NCBI GenBank assembly: GCA_020137815.1
Contig: CM035362.1
Coordinates: 3,348,001 to 3,412,000, forward strand
Source: Hormiphora californensis
Lineage: Eukaryota > Animalia > Ctenophora
Direction: 5' to 3'
Length of the DNA stretch: 64,000 nucleotides
Shown here: piece after piece, positions 1 through 27,085 of the stretch
Layout: each line of letters begins with the position of its first letter
How positions within the stretch are numbered: the first letter of the stretch is position 1
Program-made: the position numbers and the translations under genes
The notes under the pieces: model-generated
Database searches by the model: none
The model's input: only the letters and a program-made list of their open reading frames with translations
Told to the model about the DNA's origin: nothing

Positions 1-189
1 CTTCGGCCCGGTGTGAGAGCTGACAGACGAGGAACATGTCAAATATAGACCCGGGGTTATTGATCCCAGCTTCAAGCCACATGATCGACCTGCCGTGTTA
101 TACGTGTCACTGACTGTGACTGATATAAAGATATTTTACTACTCATATCGCAGAGGGATCACGTGGTAGAGGAACTCAGTATAACTCAC

Positions 190-3100
190 CGGTACCAGCC
201 AGCGTCATCCAAGGTAACATGTGGAAAGAGGAAGTGCCCAGCACCCGTCCTTACCAGAACATCTGGATGGATCTCCACGGGAACATCTTCATCACACTCC
301 TCGCTATCACATCTGTGGGAGGGGGGGGGGGGGTATTAATAGAGGATATCTGTGGAGAGGCGGAGGGGGGGGGGGGTATTAATCGAGGATATCTGTGGGG
401 GGGGGGGGCGGGGGGTATTAATCAAGGATATCTGGTGGAGGGGGGGGGGTATTAATCGAGCAATTTCATTGGGGGAACAATTTCATTGGGGGGACCTAAG
501 GTTCAGACACCAATTCTTTCATTTTGTACCAACCCGCAGCTCCTTTGGCAACTTTTGAGTTTTGCCAAAGGAAGGAATTAATGGCGAAAGCCAATCATAA
601 AGTTAGTTAGTAGAAGCGAGCATGAATAGAACTGCAATTTCTGGTGAGGGAGAGGATTTATAAAATTATATATATTAATATTATTCTATTTCTATCCGCC
701 GCATTTTACAACTCGATTATGATATTTTGGAATTTAATTCAGTCGTGCATATTGCAGCTGAAATTTAATCTCTCCTTATCTAATCTAACAATCTCTCTTT
801 TGTTTCCTGTAGTAAGATAAAAGTAAAAGTAAGAGATCTTATTTGCCAGGCCGGCCGTAACTTATAAATAAAACGAGTAAAACTACCCCCAGTAAAAATA
901 TGCAGAGAATTTGCCGAAATATGTAGCTTTCCCTATATAATATTGCAACATAACATATCTCTCTCTCGATCTCTATAGTCTCTCTCTCTCTCTCTCTCTC
1001 TCCCCCCCTCCCTCTCCCTTTTCTTCTCCTTTTCCCCTCTCTCTCTTCTTTTTCAACCTTCCCCCCCCCTTCCTTTTTTTTTTTTTTTCCTTTTTTTTTC
1101 CAAAATTTTCCCCCCCCTTTTTTCCTTTTTTTTTTTTTTTTCCCCTTTTTTTTCCCAAAACCCCCTCCCTTCCTTTTTCCCTTAAACCCCTTCTCCCCTT
1201 TCCATTTCCAAACTCCCCTTTCCTTTCTTTCCCCCTTTCCCCCCTTCTTTTAACTCCTCCTTCCTTCTTCGGGGGGGGCCCCCCCCCACCAGGGAAAAAA
1301 CCCGGGTCTGGGTTTTAAAAAAAAAGGGGGATTTCCTCCCCCCCTCCAAAAATCGGGGGGCTTTGTCTTTTCCCCTTTTTCCTTTAAAAAAAATCTCCCG
1401 GCTTTTACACACTTTTTTTAAAATTAAAGGGGGTTCCTTTTTTTTTAAAATTTAAAAAAAAAAAAATAAAAAAAAAAAAAAAAAAAAATCTTTTTTTACC
1501 CTTCTAAATTTTTTTTTTTTTTGTTTGGGGGGTTTTTTCCCCACCCCAATTTTGGGGGGGGGTGGGGGGGGTCCCCAAAAACCCTTTTTAAAAAATTTTA
1601 ATTTAAAAAAGTTAAAAAAAAGGTGGGGAAAAAAAGGACCAAAGTTTTCTCCGGTTTTCTCTCTCTCTCCACTTTCTTCTCTCTCTCTCTTTTCTCAACC
1701 TTGCCCACCCACCAAGCGGCTGTGCCATTTATTATTAGGTTATTATTAGGTTAGGATCAAACATAAATTCCAGTTTCACATGGGGTAACCTGAAATAACA
1801 CAAACACAAAAATATGCTGCCATGCTTATATTATATATATATATTATTAATATAAATGAACAACGATAAAATGATAACCATATTGACCATGATAACTGCG
1901 ATAACCACTATAACCATGGTTACCACATGGTAACCAGGCCATGATAACTGACAACTTCATAACCATGATAACCATGATAACTGGCAACTTCATAACCATG
2001 GTAACTATGATAACCATGATAACCACATGCCACATGGTAACCATGGTAACTGCACTGACCTGTACAGTTGCGTGTCAGGTTGAGGAACACCCCGTACCAG
2101 ACAAGGAACAACAGCGGTCTGGTTGAAAATATATGATAGCGGTAGTGGTTCCATTAGCAGATCAGGGTCCTCAAAAAGGGTACATGGGTGGACTTTGATA
2201 CTGTTATCCGGCTCGTAGTATGCTCCTGTAGATAGAGAGAGGGGAATCAATACACGCAAGGCTGGGGATTTACACAGCTTAGTTTTAAAATTTGACAGCG
2301 GAATTCCTTGCCTTTTTATGAATTAAAGAACTAAAATTTGACGTACGGCGCGAAAAAGAGAGATCTATTATACACCTAGTGCTAAATGGTGTTTTTCTCT
2401 ACGCCATTTGTGTTTGCCGTCGACTTTAAAAACAATACATAACAAGCTCATGGGAAGCTGGAGAAAAGACAGTTTTCTCAGTTTCAGTAGTGTCTGACCA
2501 TGTGGTCTGGAAACCAGTAGGCCGGGTTTCCAGACAGCTCAGTCGGACACTACTCCACATAGTGTTTCATGTACCGTGAGAGTCGTTATGACGGCGGTGA
2601 TGTTGTCCCAGTCCTAGGAAGCACTTCTCTGTTGGACTACACTCAACACTTTCCAGGTCCTCCAGGGTCGCGTTTATACCATCTGGAATGTAGGGAATAT
2701 AATGTGTGGTAAATCTTACGTTGCGAGGATACCGGAAGGCAGCCATTTGAATGATTTGGGCGATGGGGAGACCGTCTCAAGTAAATATATCAAGTAAGTA
2801 AGTTAAAAAGACTAGGATATAACCGAGCTGCTGTAGCCCACAGACTATAGTGTCTGACGGTGTGTAAGGTCCCATGTTTAGATATACCTTACTCTCGTTA
2901 ATTAAGCTCGCATATTTCAAGAAAGCAATCCAAAAAACAAAAAGAACTTCTCCTTTATCAAGAAACTAAACAAGTTTGGGGTGTTATATTTTGTTGTGGT
3001 GTCTCTGAATTGTGTGATTTACATTTGAAAAGTTTCTTATAAAAAAGTTTCTTACTAAAGCGTTTCTTAAAAAACGAGAGTAAGGTATGTGGACGGCTAT

Positions 3101-3271
3101 TTAAATAGCTATAGGTTAGTTTAGTAATGAATCATTAATGAATTATGACTCACAAATATCTGCAGTGTATGTTCCACTTCCTCCCCTCACCTCCTCTCCC
3201 TCCACCTGGAACCTGACATGCTGGGTGAGGGGTGGTAACAACAGGAACACCGCCAGAATTGTGGTTGCCAT
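190..3271 (-). CDS. Secreted/cell-surface immunoglobulin (I-set-like) domain protein; multi-exon, continues beyond window start
   Basis: Hand-spliced minus-strand exons: ATG at 3271 (MATTILAVFLLLPPLTQH, signal-peptide-like); 2575-2682 (GINATLEDLESVECSPTEKCFLGLGQHHRRHNDSH); 2060-2225 (GAYYEPD...VVPCLVRGVPQPDTQLYR, Ig B-strand C-x3-G-x-P-x-P); from 1789 (LPHVKLEFMFDPNLII); 190-312 (CDSEEC...FLFPHVTLDDAGWYR, Ig D-x-G-x-Y motif). Phases match for 2682>2225>1789. Links to the first exon and to 190-312 are not fully resolved. Confidence 0.75.
2885..3087. mobile_element. MITE family A (TACCTTACTCTCGTT termini), copy 1
   Basis: 15-bp TIR; near-identical copy at 14311-14555. Confidence 0.85.
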
Positions 3272-4915
3272 GGTAACTAGCCGGCTGAAAATGCTGACGT
3301 CATGATATATTGCAGCTTGTTTTTGGGGGGAGGGCTATTCACGGTATTCTTATTACATTGCTGTAGAAAATTATTTATTGATTAGTATAAATCAAATCAA
3401 TTGTTATGAAATTTTGATCACTCAAATCTGAATCTGCATCAGTTATACAAGCGTGTAGTGTAAATTGTACAAATGACACGAGAAGGAAATTAAATATTTT
3501 CTTATTGTTTCTTTCTCAGCCAGATCTGAATTGTACTATAGTAATTTTACAGGCTTTTCATTTCTCACACAACATATGACAACATAAGATTGAGACAACA
3601 TAAGAGTGAGACAACAAGAGTGAGGCAACAATTGATTGAGGCAGATCAGGCACTGCACCAAGATTGAGACATCATCTGCATCAGGTACATCATCAGGTAC
3701 ACATGCTGTAAGAAGATAGGGTCCATCAATAAGACAAAATACGGATATACGTTTGCTATCTAGTTTATTTCAAGTACGTCTCAGGCCGTTATGCAAATTT
3801 TAAGTTATATTTGAACCCAGCAGAGCTCTCGATCTTGAATAATATAAAAATAAAATGGAGCCGTGGCACGTTGATCTTGAAGAATATAAAATTGGGTCTG
3901 CTGCAGGCGCCGCAATTTGGAAACATAGAATACTGCAGCAGCACAAAAGATGAGCACTGTGTATAGTTACACTTGCAAAGTTCAAGTTGCAATGCGGCCC
4001 CCCTCATTTTACCAACACATCACACAGATTTGTAAACTTGGTATAATATACAAATTGGGGTCAACAATTATAATACCTGCAGGGGGCCGCGGCGTTATTA
4101 TGATATACTCGATACAAAGCCGCGGCGTAGATTCTTGTGCCCCGCAACTTTGTAATTTCTTGTGGTGAGAAATGAATACCATTATTTATTCACGTGCAGA
4201 GGACGCATAATAGTATACGATATGTCGGACCCCGATTTACCGGCATGCTCGAGGTTTAATCGCACGGTATATCGGGGTTCAAATACAGTTAATTTCCTAT
4301 ATCGGGGGAAGTTTGTATCCTTCCATCGCGGTTTCGGTAAATCGGGGCTTCGACTGTATTATAAGATTTCGGTAAACAGAGTGCTAACATAAAGAGAAGC
4401 CTACGTGCAAGTCGGTATTGAAACAACGATATATGTTTGGTATAAATGAAAATACACAAAACAATGTTATAGAAGTGATAAATTATATAACAGTTGCCTA
4501 GAAAGAAACGATATAGCTAGGCAACCATGTAACTGTGTATAGCAGTGTTTGTACAACAAATCAGAGCATAATATATCATCTTCCAGGGCCCGACTTCATA
4601 CTAAAATTGTTTTGTACAAAGGTAAGTGATCTACGCAGACTGGGAACATTATATTAATATTATCCGACGCACGACCTAAACTAAATTCAATCAACTTATA
4701 TTTTTCTTCAATCTCAATCTCAAGAAGAAAAAAAAAAGGGAAAGCATAAGCATGCACCATACGACGAGAGAGAAGAAAGATAGAGTGGGGGATAGGGATA
4801 TATAGAGAGAGAAATAGAGAAAGAAAGATAGAGAGAGATCTTGTTCTTAAGGGAGGGGAATTTAATCCGGTTTCGGGTCGGCTGACTTAAAAACTCCGCG
4901 TTTTGGTCAACATAA

Positions 4916-5782
4916 TAACGTGTTGGGCAAAAAAAATGTCCCCCCTAGACTAGCATGGTTCCAGATATCGTAGAGCTCTAAAATTTTACACAGTTATTCT
5001 ATGGGACAAATAAATAGGTCCCACAAAATTTCAGACTTTTAGCTCAAAGTTCATGTTTTTGATAGGAATGAACATTGTCATTCATTCCAAAAAACATGAT
5101 TATTCGGTCCAAATGTTAAGCAATTGTCTTTGGCTCTCGATTTTCTTTCAAATGCGACCAAGAAAAGCCAAAACGGATAACCACAAGGCACACAGTGGTC
5201 ATATTTCTAACTGTCAGTCAGGTCATGTGATCCTCACCGAATCGTGTAAGTTATTCTGAATTGCTAATCAGGATTAGTTGTGGAGAATCACGTATCACAG
5301 CCGCTAATGAGGGATGCAGATGACGATGATGATTGGCAATGAGATCCGAAGCTCATTAACAAGTCACCTCTTTACCCAAGTGCTCCCGAATCACATCCCT
5401 CATTAGCGACAGTGATACGTGATTCTTCCCCACTAAGCCTGATTAGCAATTCGCGATTCGGTGGGGATCACATGACCTGACTAACTGTCAGAAACATGAC
5501 CACTGTGTGCCTTGTGGTTGTCCATTTTGACTTTTCTTGGTCGCATTTGAAAGAAAATCGATAGCCAAAGACAATTGCTTAACATTTGGACCAAATAATC
5601 ATGTTTTTTGGAATGAATGACAATGTTCATTCCTATCAAAAAAATGAACTTTGAGCTAAAAGTCTGAAATTTTGTGGGACCTATTTATTTGTCCCATAGA
5701 ATAACTGTGTAAAATTTTAGAGCTCTACGATATCTGGAACTATGCTAGTCTAGGGGGGACATTTTTTATGCCCAACACGTTA
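4916..5782. mobile_element. Foldback element, ~870 bp
   Basis: TAACGTGTTGGGCA...TGCCCAACACGTTA; arms about 400 bp. Confidence 0.9.
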
Positions 5783-5824
5783 AAAAGAAGAGAACAAGGA
5801 TCGGTTGATTATTTATTAGCCGCA

Positions 5825-5958
5825 TAATAAGTTTTGATTTCTCCTTCCGGCTGAACAAAATGATAGACGGGTTAGTACCTATTTTATTGTAGAAGAACTC
5901 GTTCTTCTACAATAATACATCATTTTGTACAGCCGGAAGGAGAAATCAAAACTTATTA
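5825..5958. repeat. Short foldback/MITE
   Basis: TAATAAGTTTTGATTTCTCCTTCCGGCTG...CAGCCGGAAGGAGAAATCAAAACTTATTA. Confidence 0.8.
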
Positions 5959-6224
5959 ACTATTAAAAGGAAGTAAACCGTTATATTGGACCAATGTTAT
6001 TGGTCATCTAAAAAATCAAAACTCAAAAGACTGCCTATTATAGGCTATATTAGTATTATGTATGTTCCTAATATAGTTTTTATCTGAAGCATTCATTGCA
6101 TTGTAGCGGAGTACTAAATATGCAGTAGAGTAGTATGCCGTCTCAGCTTATTAATAGTATGAAATGGCCAACACAACGTTTATGGTTATAATTGAAGCTG
6201 TTTCTAAGAATCTATGATTCCAAG

Positions 6225-6334
6225 TAGGAACCGACCGAATCATGAAATACTGGTCCCTGATTGGCTGATAACCAGTCACGTGACCTAAATAACGAGTTCT
6301 GATTGGTTGTTTACTTGTGTCGCGTCGGTTCCTG
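6225..6334. mobile_element. hAT-like MITE family D (~109 bp, CAGGAACCGAC TIR, 8-bp TSD)
   Basis: TSD ATTCCAAG on both sides; internal ATTGG/CCAAT boxes and CACGTG. Confidence 0.9.
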
Positions 6335-6560
6335 ATTCCAAGAACCCCTAGTTTGAATGATCGCTATTATAATAGTCGCGAAACGATGCAGGATGCTATA
6401 ACAAATGTAAAACACAAAGAGATAAAAAGACATAGATAGAAAGATATCACTGTGATTTGTGGGGATTGTGTCCTCAGGAGAACTCGACAGGGCGATGAAA
6501 TTTTCCTGGAGTACTGTACAAATACAAACACGATAGAAAGATAGAAATATAAATAGAGTA

Positions 6561-6720
6561 GGGTCTGACGGTCAACAACGCCGAAATAGGGAACAACATG
6601 TTTTCCCGACAAGATAGAAAGCTAATTCCGGTTGCGTTGGATTCGTATTGAAAAGCACATTCAGAAACATGTTGTTCCCTATTTCGGCGTTGATGCAGAT
6701 GACCGTCACTCGTCAGACCC
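6561..6720. repeat. Short foldback/MITE (GGG...CCC termini)
   Basis: GGGTCTGACG...CGTCAGACCC with an internal inverted AACGCCGAAATAGGGAACAACATGTTT. Confidence 0.75.
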
Positions 6721-9096
6721 TTATAAAATAGACCTTAAAAACTACCGTTGTTTTTAATTTGTAGAAAAATAAATATGTATGGGAAGATGGTTTCATCAAG
6801 TCCGTTCTTACCAAACAGATCACAATGTTTTCTTTTGACCTCCATGGACTGAAGCCTCCAGCTCCAGACTATCATAATTCGGCTCATAGGCATACGCAAT
6901 TTTGCGATAACTACCCTGATATATTATAGAGGAATTTCCCTGAAATTTCCCTGAAATCTCGGAGAATAGCCGTCACTGAAGCCGGATATCTCAGGTCTTC
7001 GGGGTATATAGCCGCGTGACCTAAACCTGAGACTGTTTCCCCCATATTTGCAATATTTATCATAATATGAAGAGATGGAAGGGAAATCGCTAGTATATTG
7101 GCAAACGACTGACATTTAGGTTAAACGACGCCATCAAGTTTAAAAAGTATTTATTTACAGCAATTATGGACTATTGTAAATGAAACAATTTTATCAACAA
7201 CAGATAATAGATATGTTTTGTGCATGTAAAAGGTATACGGAGCTGCGAGCAGGAAAGGCAGAGGTGGAAAATAAGGGGCCCGCGGGTTAAGAAAACATAA
7301 AGGGGGAAGATACACATACTCTCTCTCTCTCTTTCTCTCTGATCTCACTTTTTTTGGTCGTGTAGTATTTTCCTGGAAAAAGGCTCCTCGAACTCTAAGT
7401 ATAGTCGGTAGATAAACACTAATATAAAGTTATTGGTTCCAGGGTCGTTGTCAGGGTCAAGCAAGGAAAACAAAGAGTTCGCCGCTTCAACAACAAGTTC
7501 CAGGAAGTTTTGTGTGTCTACGATCGACTTTGGATCGGGAAGACAGTAAGACTCACACGTCTCTTGTTGAGTCTCATCTCTTCCTCAACAACACGTCTCT
7601 GGGTACTGCAGCAAGGCTTATAAAAGATTTGTTGAGTAAATTCGGTGACATTGATCATGACACCTTCAACCCGTTTCAAACTTCCCTATTAGAGACTGCA
7701 ACGTATAAAGACGCGGGACGCCCTTATTTTAGCGATCGCGGCATAATATCAGCGGGATAGCCGATAGGCGGCAGAAGATGGGGTAATAAACTGTATATTA
7801 TGTACGATAAACAACAATAATATGCAGGATAGAGAGCACTAAGAGAGAGAACATAGGGAGAGAGGGAGAGAAAGAGATAGAGATGGAGAGGTAGAGAGAG
7901 AGAGATCAGGGAGAGAGGGTGAGAGAGAGAGAGAACACAGGGAGAGAGGGTGAGAATAAATAAAAGGATCGCGAATTGGAGAGGATTCTGGCCAGAATTC
8001 TCTCCGATCTGGGAGCCATTATTATATAACCCAGACTCCTACATAAAATATCTATACTCGTAGGTCACACACATATATTATAACACCTACCAAATTTATA
8101 ACTTCGATTTACCGGACTCAAATTTAAGTATGCAGTTAAACCTAGATTTTCCGGAAGGATCGGGGGAAGGATTAAATTATAGTGTCCCGAAATACCAGCT
8201 GCGAAAACACGTCCTCCAATTTTGGAAAATGGAAAGTTACAATACAAGTTTCACACCGATATACCGGGAAACTCTTTCTCTAAGCAGTTGCATCCAGCTG
8301 CGTAAATCGTACATCATATCAAATTATTCAAGCATGAATCTATTACATTTCTGGTGAAATAGTATTTACACTAGACTAAATACCCCGTGGGAATTCCCTT
8401 ATCTCGACTGTGTGTCTATCTTGATACATACACGATTTACAAAATATATGTGTTTATCGTGTATGTGTTATTGTTTGTTTAGGTAAGCAAGCAGGGTGTG
8501 CGGCGGCAATCACTGTATGACACAAGTGTTGTGACTGTTTTGCTGCTACTGCAACACTTCTGAGATGTTTAGTTGAATTAGTTGAATTGTAAATTTATTG
8601 TGTATTAGCAATAAGAACTTTGGTTACAATTTTCTTTGGATCAATAGTTGTTTAATCGCCTAGGCCTAGTAAAGTAATTAAGTAATCATATTCAAATTAT
8701 TCAACTTATATAATTAAGTAATGATAATGAAATTCAACTTATATTTGTACAGCCATGAGAGTTCAAGAAAACAAGTAGATCAGATTGATCAAGAGCTGGT
8801 GAAAGAGGGGCCGGCCGCACACAACACGCTATACCACCTAATTTGATTTGATTGAAGCTTGGGGTAGTACATCTCGAGCAGCGACTGAGTAAGTGTGTAG
8901 ATTACAAGTTGAACAGAGGGGGAAACAGTCTTAATCTCAGGTCCAGGTTCCGGCTATTTACCCAGCTGTGATCTGAGATCCTGCAGGGCTATTCCCTGAA
9001 ATATCAAGGAATAGCCGTCACTGAGCCCTATTATAACGAACTCCTGCACTTGCATTGACTAACAATGTGTTCGACTGTTATAGGCTGCACATTTTG

Positions 9097-23096
<14,000 letters not shown>

Positions 23097-23678
23097 GTAA
23101 GTAGCTGTTGTTCCATTTTCAATTATATTAACATGTTTACTGTGAACATGGGACTTGTCACCCATAATTATGATCAGTATTATATAGACAAGCACTCTAG
23201 GACTCTAAATAGTTTAGTACTTTTTACGCAATACTCGAGAACTCAATGCAATTGCCACCACTGCACGACAACGATCAACGCAAAGTAAGGAATAAATGCA
23301 TATTTAGCAGGACCCGTTAGCTGTCCTTCCGAATGCGTTGCATGGTATGTAGTTAAAGAGCTTGGTAAAAATGATTTTACAAATTTCATCAACCATGTAG
23401 ATCGGAGCACAAGTAAAACTGTGACGCACATTATAGAGTAAAACTACATGCCGTTGCAGTATAATATTGCAGCTGTAGTATATGATCGCAAAAGGCAAGC
23501 TTCCCCTCGTCCGACCCGAAGTTGGGAGATTCGTCGAAACAGCTGTTAAAATATTTTTTGATGCGCTGCGGCCTGTTTATTATAGTAGGGTCGGTTGTGG
23601 GAAGTTGGGTCTGGAATTTTAAATTTGACTTTCTGATATGATTAGGGACTCTATAAAAAGTCTAAAGTACCATCCCAC

Positions 23679-25137
23679 AGGGTGTCCTCCACGAACAGTA
23701 CTAAACTTTTAGATCTCGACTAATTAGGCCTTTTGAGTGTGAAAATTGGAGAGCTCTATCGATTTCGTCCACGAACTACAGAATTAGTGTTGGTTTTTAG
23801 TGCTTTGAGTAGGGTTTTAGAGAGGGATTAGTTCCATACTAAAACCCCCTCCACGTGGTACAAGTCACGTGATTTCACGCCCCATTTCACACTGAACCCA
23901 TATAAGCCCCACTAACCTAGCACTAAAATTTCGACTAAACAGGCTGAGAATTTAGCCAACCCAAAGGCTGTCTAAATTGAAACTAAATTTTACTATTGTG
24001 GAAATGCGTTCCCAAAACGACCCCAAAATGACCCAAAATTACCAAAATGGCCAAGGCTGTCTTTGACATACATGCTTACATGATGAACTTGAGATATTGA
24101 AATTGTTTAAAATTGTTAATTGAAAAAATCATTTTAAAGGAACGAGATAAGAGGGAGAGGGAGAATTCCTTATGTGCATATCCCAGAAATATGAGAGGAT
24201 ATATGAGAGAGTATAATTAGACAGTACTTCTCAAGATATGTACTAGGGGGCAAAAATGAAATATTATACCGGATAGAATTGCCTGTATTATGTTTAACTA
24301 GCAAAATCATAGCAAAAGTATCAAAAGTAAGTACATATCTCTCTTATAGTCTCTCTCTCCATCTTTCTCATTCCCAGCTCTCCTTCCCTCTCTCCCAATC
24401 TCAGTCCCCATCTCATTCTCCCCTCTCATTCCCTCTTCTCTCCCAAACTCATTCCCATCTCTCATTCCCCCTCTCATTCCCCCTCTCATTCCCCCTCTCA
24501 TTCTCCCCTCTTTCCCAAACTCATTCCCATATCTCATTCTCCATCTCTTTCCCTCCTATCTCCCAATCTCTCATTCCCGGACCCCGGTTCCCCCTTTCAT
24601 TACAGTGCTGCTTGTAGTCGTATTACCGTAATGAAAATACAGTATTGAGACGCGCACGTTACATAATACGCGGCAAAAATTGCATGTGTTCAGCACGTAC
24701 TAGCGCCCTGATTGGCCACAGCTGCGCGTCGTCTTACTGTATCTCCGTTTTCCATTACCGTTTTCCCACTACAAGCGACCGTGTAATGCCCCTCTCGTTA
24801 TCCCCCTCTCAGGTGTGGCACTGGCTATTAATTATCGCACATTGAGAATCAAGTTAAGTGTCCTGATTGGCCAGTGGATCTCTATCTCAATTCACACATT
24901 ACGTTCCACATTATTGTATGTCACGCTGATATCATCACGTGATGGAAAAGAGAGAGTGCCTATTGGGTGTCGCATTCTATCACATGTATAACACCTCAGT
25001 ATCACATGGGTCGGACCAAGCCCCGAAACATGTTGTTCGTGGACGGTTTTCTAAAGTTTAGCGAAATAATAGTCGCTCACTAACTTGACTTCTAAATTTC
25101 AACACTAAACTGAATTTAGTTTCGTGGAGGACACCCT
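23679..25137. mobile_element. 1.46-kb non-autonomous TIR element nested in a tandem repeat unit
   Basis: AGGGTGTCCTCCACGAA...TTCGTGGAGGACACCCT. Empty site CCCACAGGTCTC at ~27305. TSD ambiguous. End fragments also at ~15402 and ~19201. Confidence 0.85.
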
Positions 25138-25469
25138 AGGTCTCTACCACCCCCGGTTCACTAATTAGTCGTAATTATGTGATTTATGACGTTATCGCCA
25201 ATTAGCACTAATAATGCCAGTTCCTGGTCACTTAGAGCTTAGATTTTGATACCAGCTGATAGAGGATCACTAGATTTTTCCGTTTGGCTGGCGGTTGGCT
25301 GGCACCACGTGGGATTAGGGGTTTAGGTCGTCGTGGGAGGTCGACATTGGTCGCGTTCGATCGGGCTCGATGAGGTGATCAAAAGCTAGTGGGCCAGACC
25401 TTGGCCCCACCCCGTTCTTGGCTTATTGGGCTTTTTCGGTTTCCCGCCAAAATATTTTCCCGCCATATA

Positions 25470-26106
25470 CAGGGTGTTCATTTTGGATCTTTACAAGCGT
25501 TGGGCTTCACCCAGAAAAAAGTTGACAAGATTAGGTCGTGAAACTTTATACTTGGACTATTCTATACCCTCATTCAAGGTTCCTGGGGGTTTTGGAGCTC
25601 TAGTACCCCGGGAAGTGTGTTTTTGGCATCAAAACTACCAGAAGGAATTTTTTGCTGGTGCTGAGACTTTGCTAAAATGTTTTTTGGGTATTTTCTATGT
25701 CAATCCTAAAGTTTCATGGAGATTGGATGTGTTTTTCGGACTCAAAATTTCATAGAAAGTGGCTGGAAAGACTCCATTTTTGCCGTTTTTGAGCCGTTTT
25801 CGAGCCTTTCCAGCCACTTTTTACGAAATTTTGAGTCCGAAAAACACATCCAATCTCCATGAAACTTTAGGATTGACATAGAAAATACCCAAAAAACATT
25901 TTAGCAAAGTCTCAGCACCAGCAAAAAATTCCTTCTGGTAGTTTTGATGCCAAAAACACACTTCAAGGGGTACTAGAACTCCAAAACTCCCAGGAACCTT
26001 GAATGAGGGTATAGAATAGTCCAAGTATGAAGTTTCACGACCTAATCTTGTCAACTTTTTTCTGGGTGAAGCCCAACGCTTGTAAAGATCCAAAATGAAC
26101 ACCGTG
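25470..26106. mobile_element. Palindromic Tc1/mariner-type MITE with TA TSD
   Basis: TA-CAGGGTGTTCATTTTGG...CCAAAATGAACACCGTG-TA. The paralogous empty site at ~27640 has one TA fewer. Confidence 0.92.
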
Positions 26107-27052
26107 TATATGCTTTATTTTTTTTGCCCCTGCACTGCCACTGCACATTTTTTTAATTGCTTATAATTAATTGGATAGTTAATTTTGAATATTCCCACTT
26201 TTTGTAGACCTTTCTATATGCTTGAAGAGCATTCCTACAAAGTTTCAAGTCGATATTTATAGCAGAACGGAAAATATTTTCAAATGCTCAGGGGCAATGC
26301 TCAGGGGCACCATAAAAATGTCCATTTTTTAATTGCTTATAACTCATTGATTACTTAATTTTGAATATTCCCACCTTTTGTAGACCTTTCTATATGCTTG
26401 AAGAGCATTCCTACAAAGTTTCAAGTCGATATTTCAAGCAGATCGGGAGATAATTGCGACTCAGGTGCCCCTGGGCCACTTTTGTTAGTGCGGGGGCAAT
26501 TTTAAAATTTTAATTGCTTATAATTAATTAATTAAGTAAAAAATCAAAAATCAGGCTCCGTGGTGACTCTTAGTTATACCACTAGAACATGCCTACAAAG
26601 TTTTAGATCGATATGTCAAACAGTGTGGCCACAATTTGAATTTTAAAATTGCCCAGGGGCAGTTTTTTCAAATGCTCGGGGGCAAAATTCAGGGGCACCA
26701 GAAATGTCCATTTTTGCATGCCTATAACTCATTGATTACTTAATTTTGACTATTCTAACTTTTTGTAGATCATTTTTTATGCTTGAAGAGCATTCCTACA
26801 AAGTTTCAAGTCGATATTTCAAGCAGATCGGGAGATAATTTCGGCTCAGGGGCAATGCCCAGGGGACAGAACACCCCATGCTCAGGGGCACGGTGCAGGG
26901 GCTACTTTTTAATTACCTATAATTAATTAATTAGGCAAAAAATCAAAAATCCGGCCACGTTATGACACGTAGTTATACTACTAGAACACGCCTACAAAAT
27001 TTCAGGTCGATATCTCAAAAAATGTGGCCACAATCGCTGCCTGAAATTTGCC

Positions 27053-27085
<33 letters not shown>

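Noticed and set aside
970-1680. Lys/Gly/Phe/Pro-rich ORFs
   Set aside because: Homopolymer-inflated low-quality sequence, not coding.
1847-2126. His/Gly/Tyr- or Met/Ile/Thr-rich ORFs
   Set aside because: Translations of the intronic CCATGRTAA repeat.
7340-7760. Protein-like open frames on both strands
   Set aside because: No consistent splice sites or recognisable motif; cannot support a gene call.
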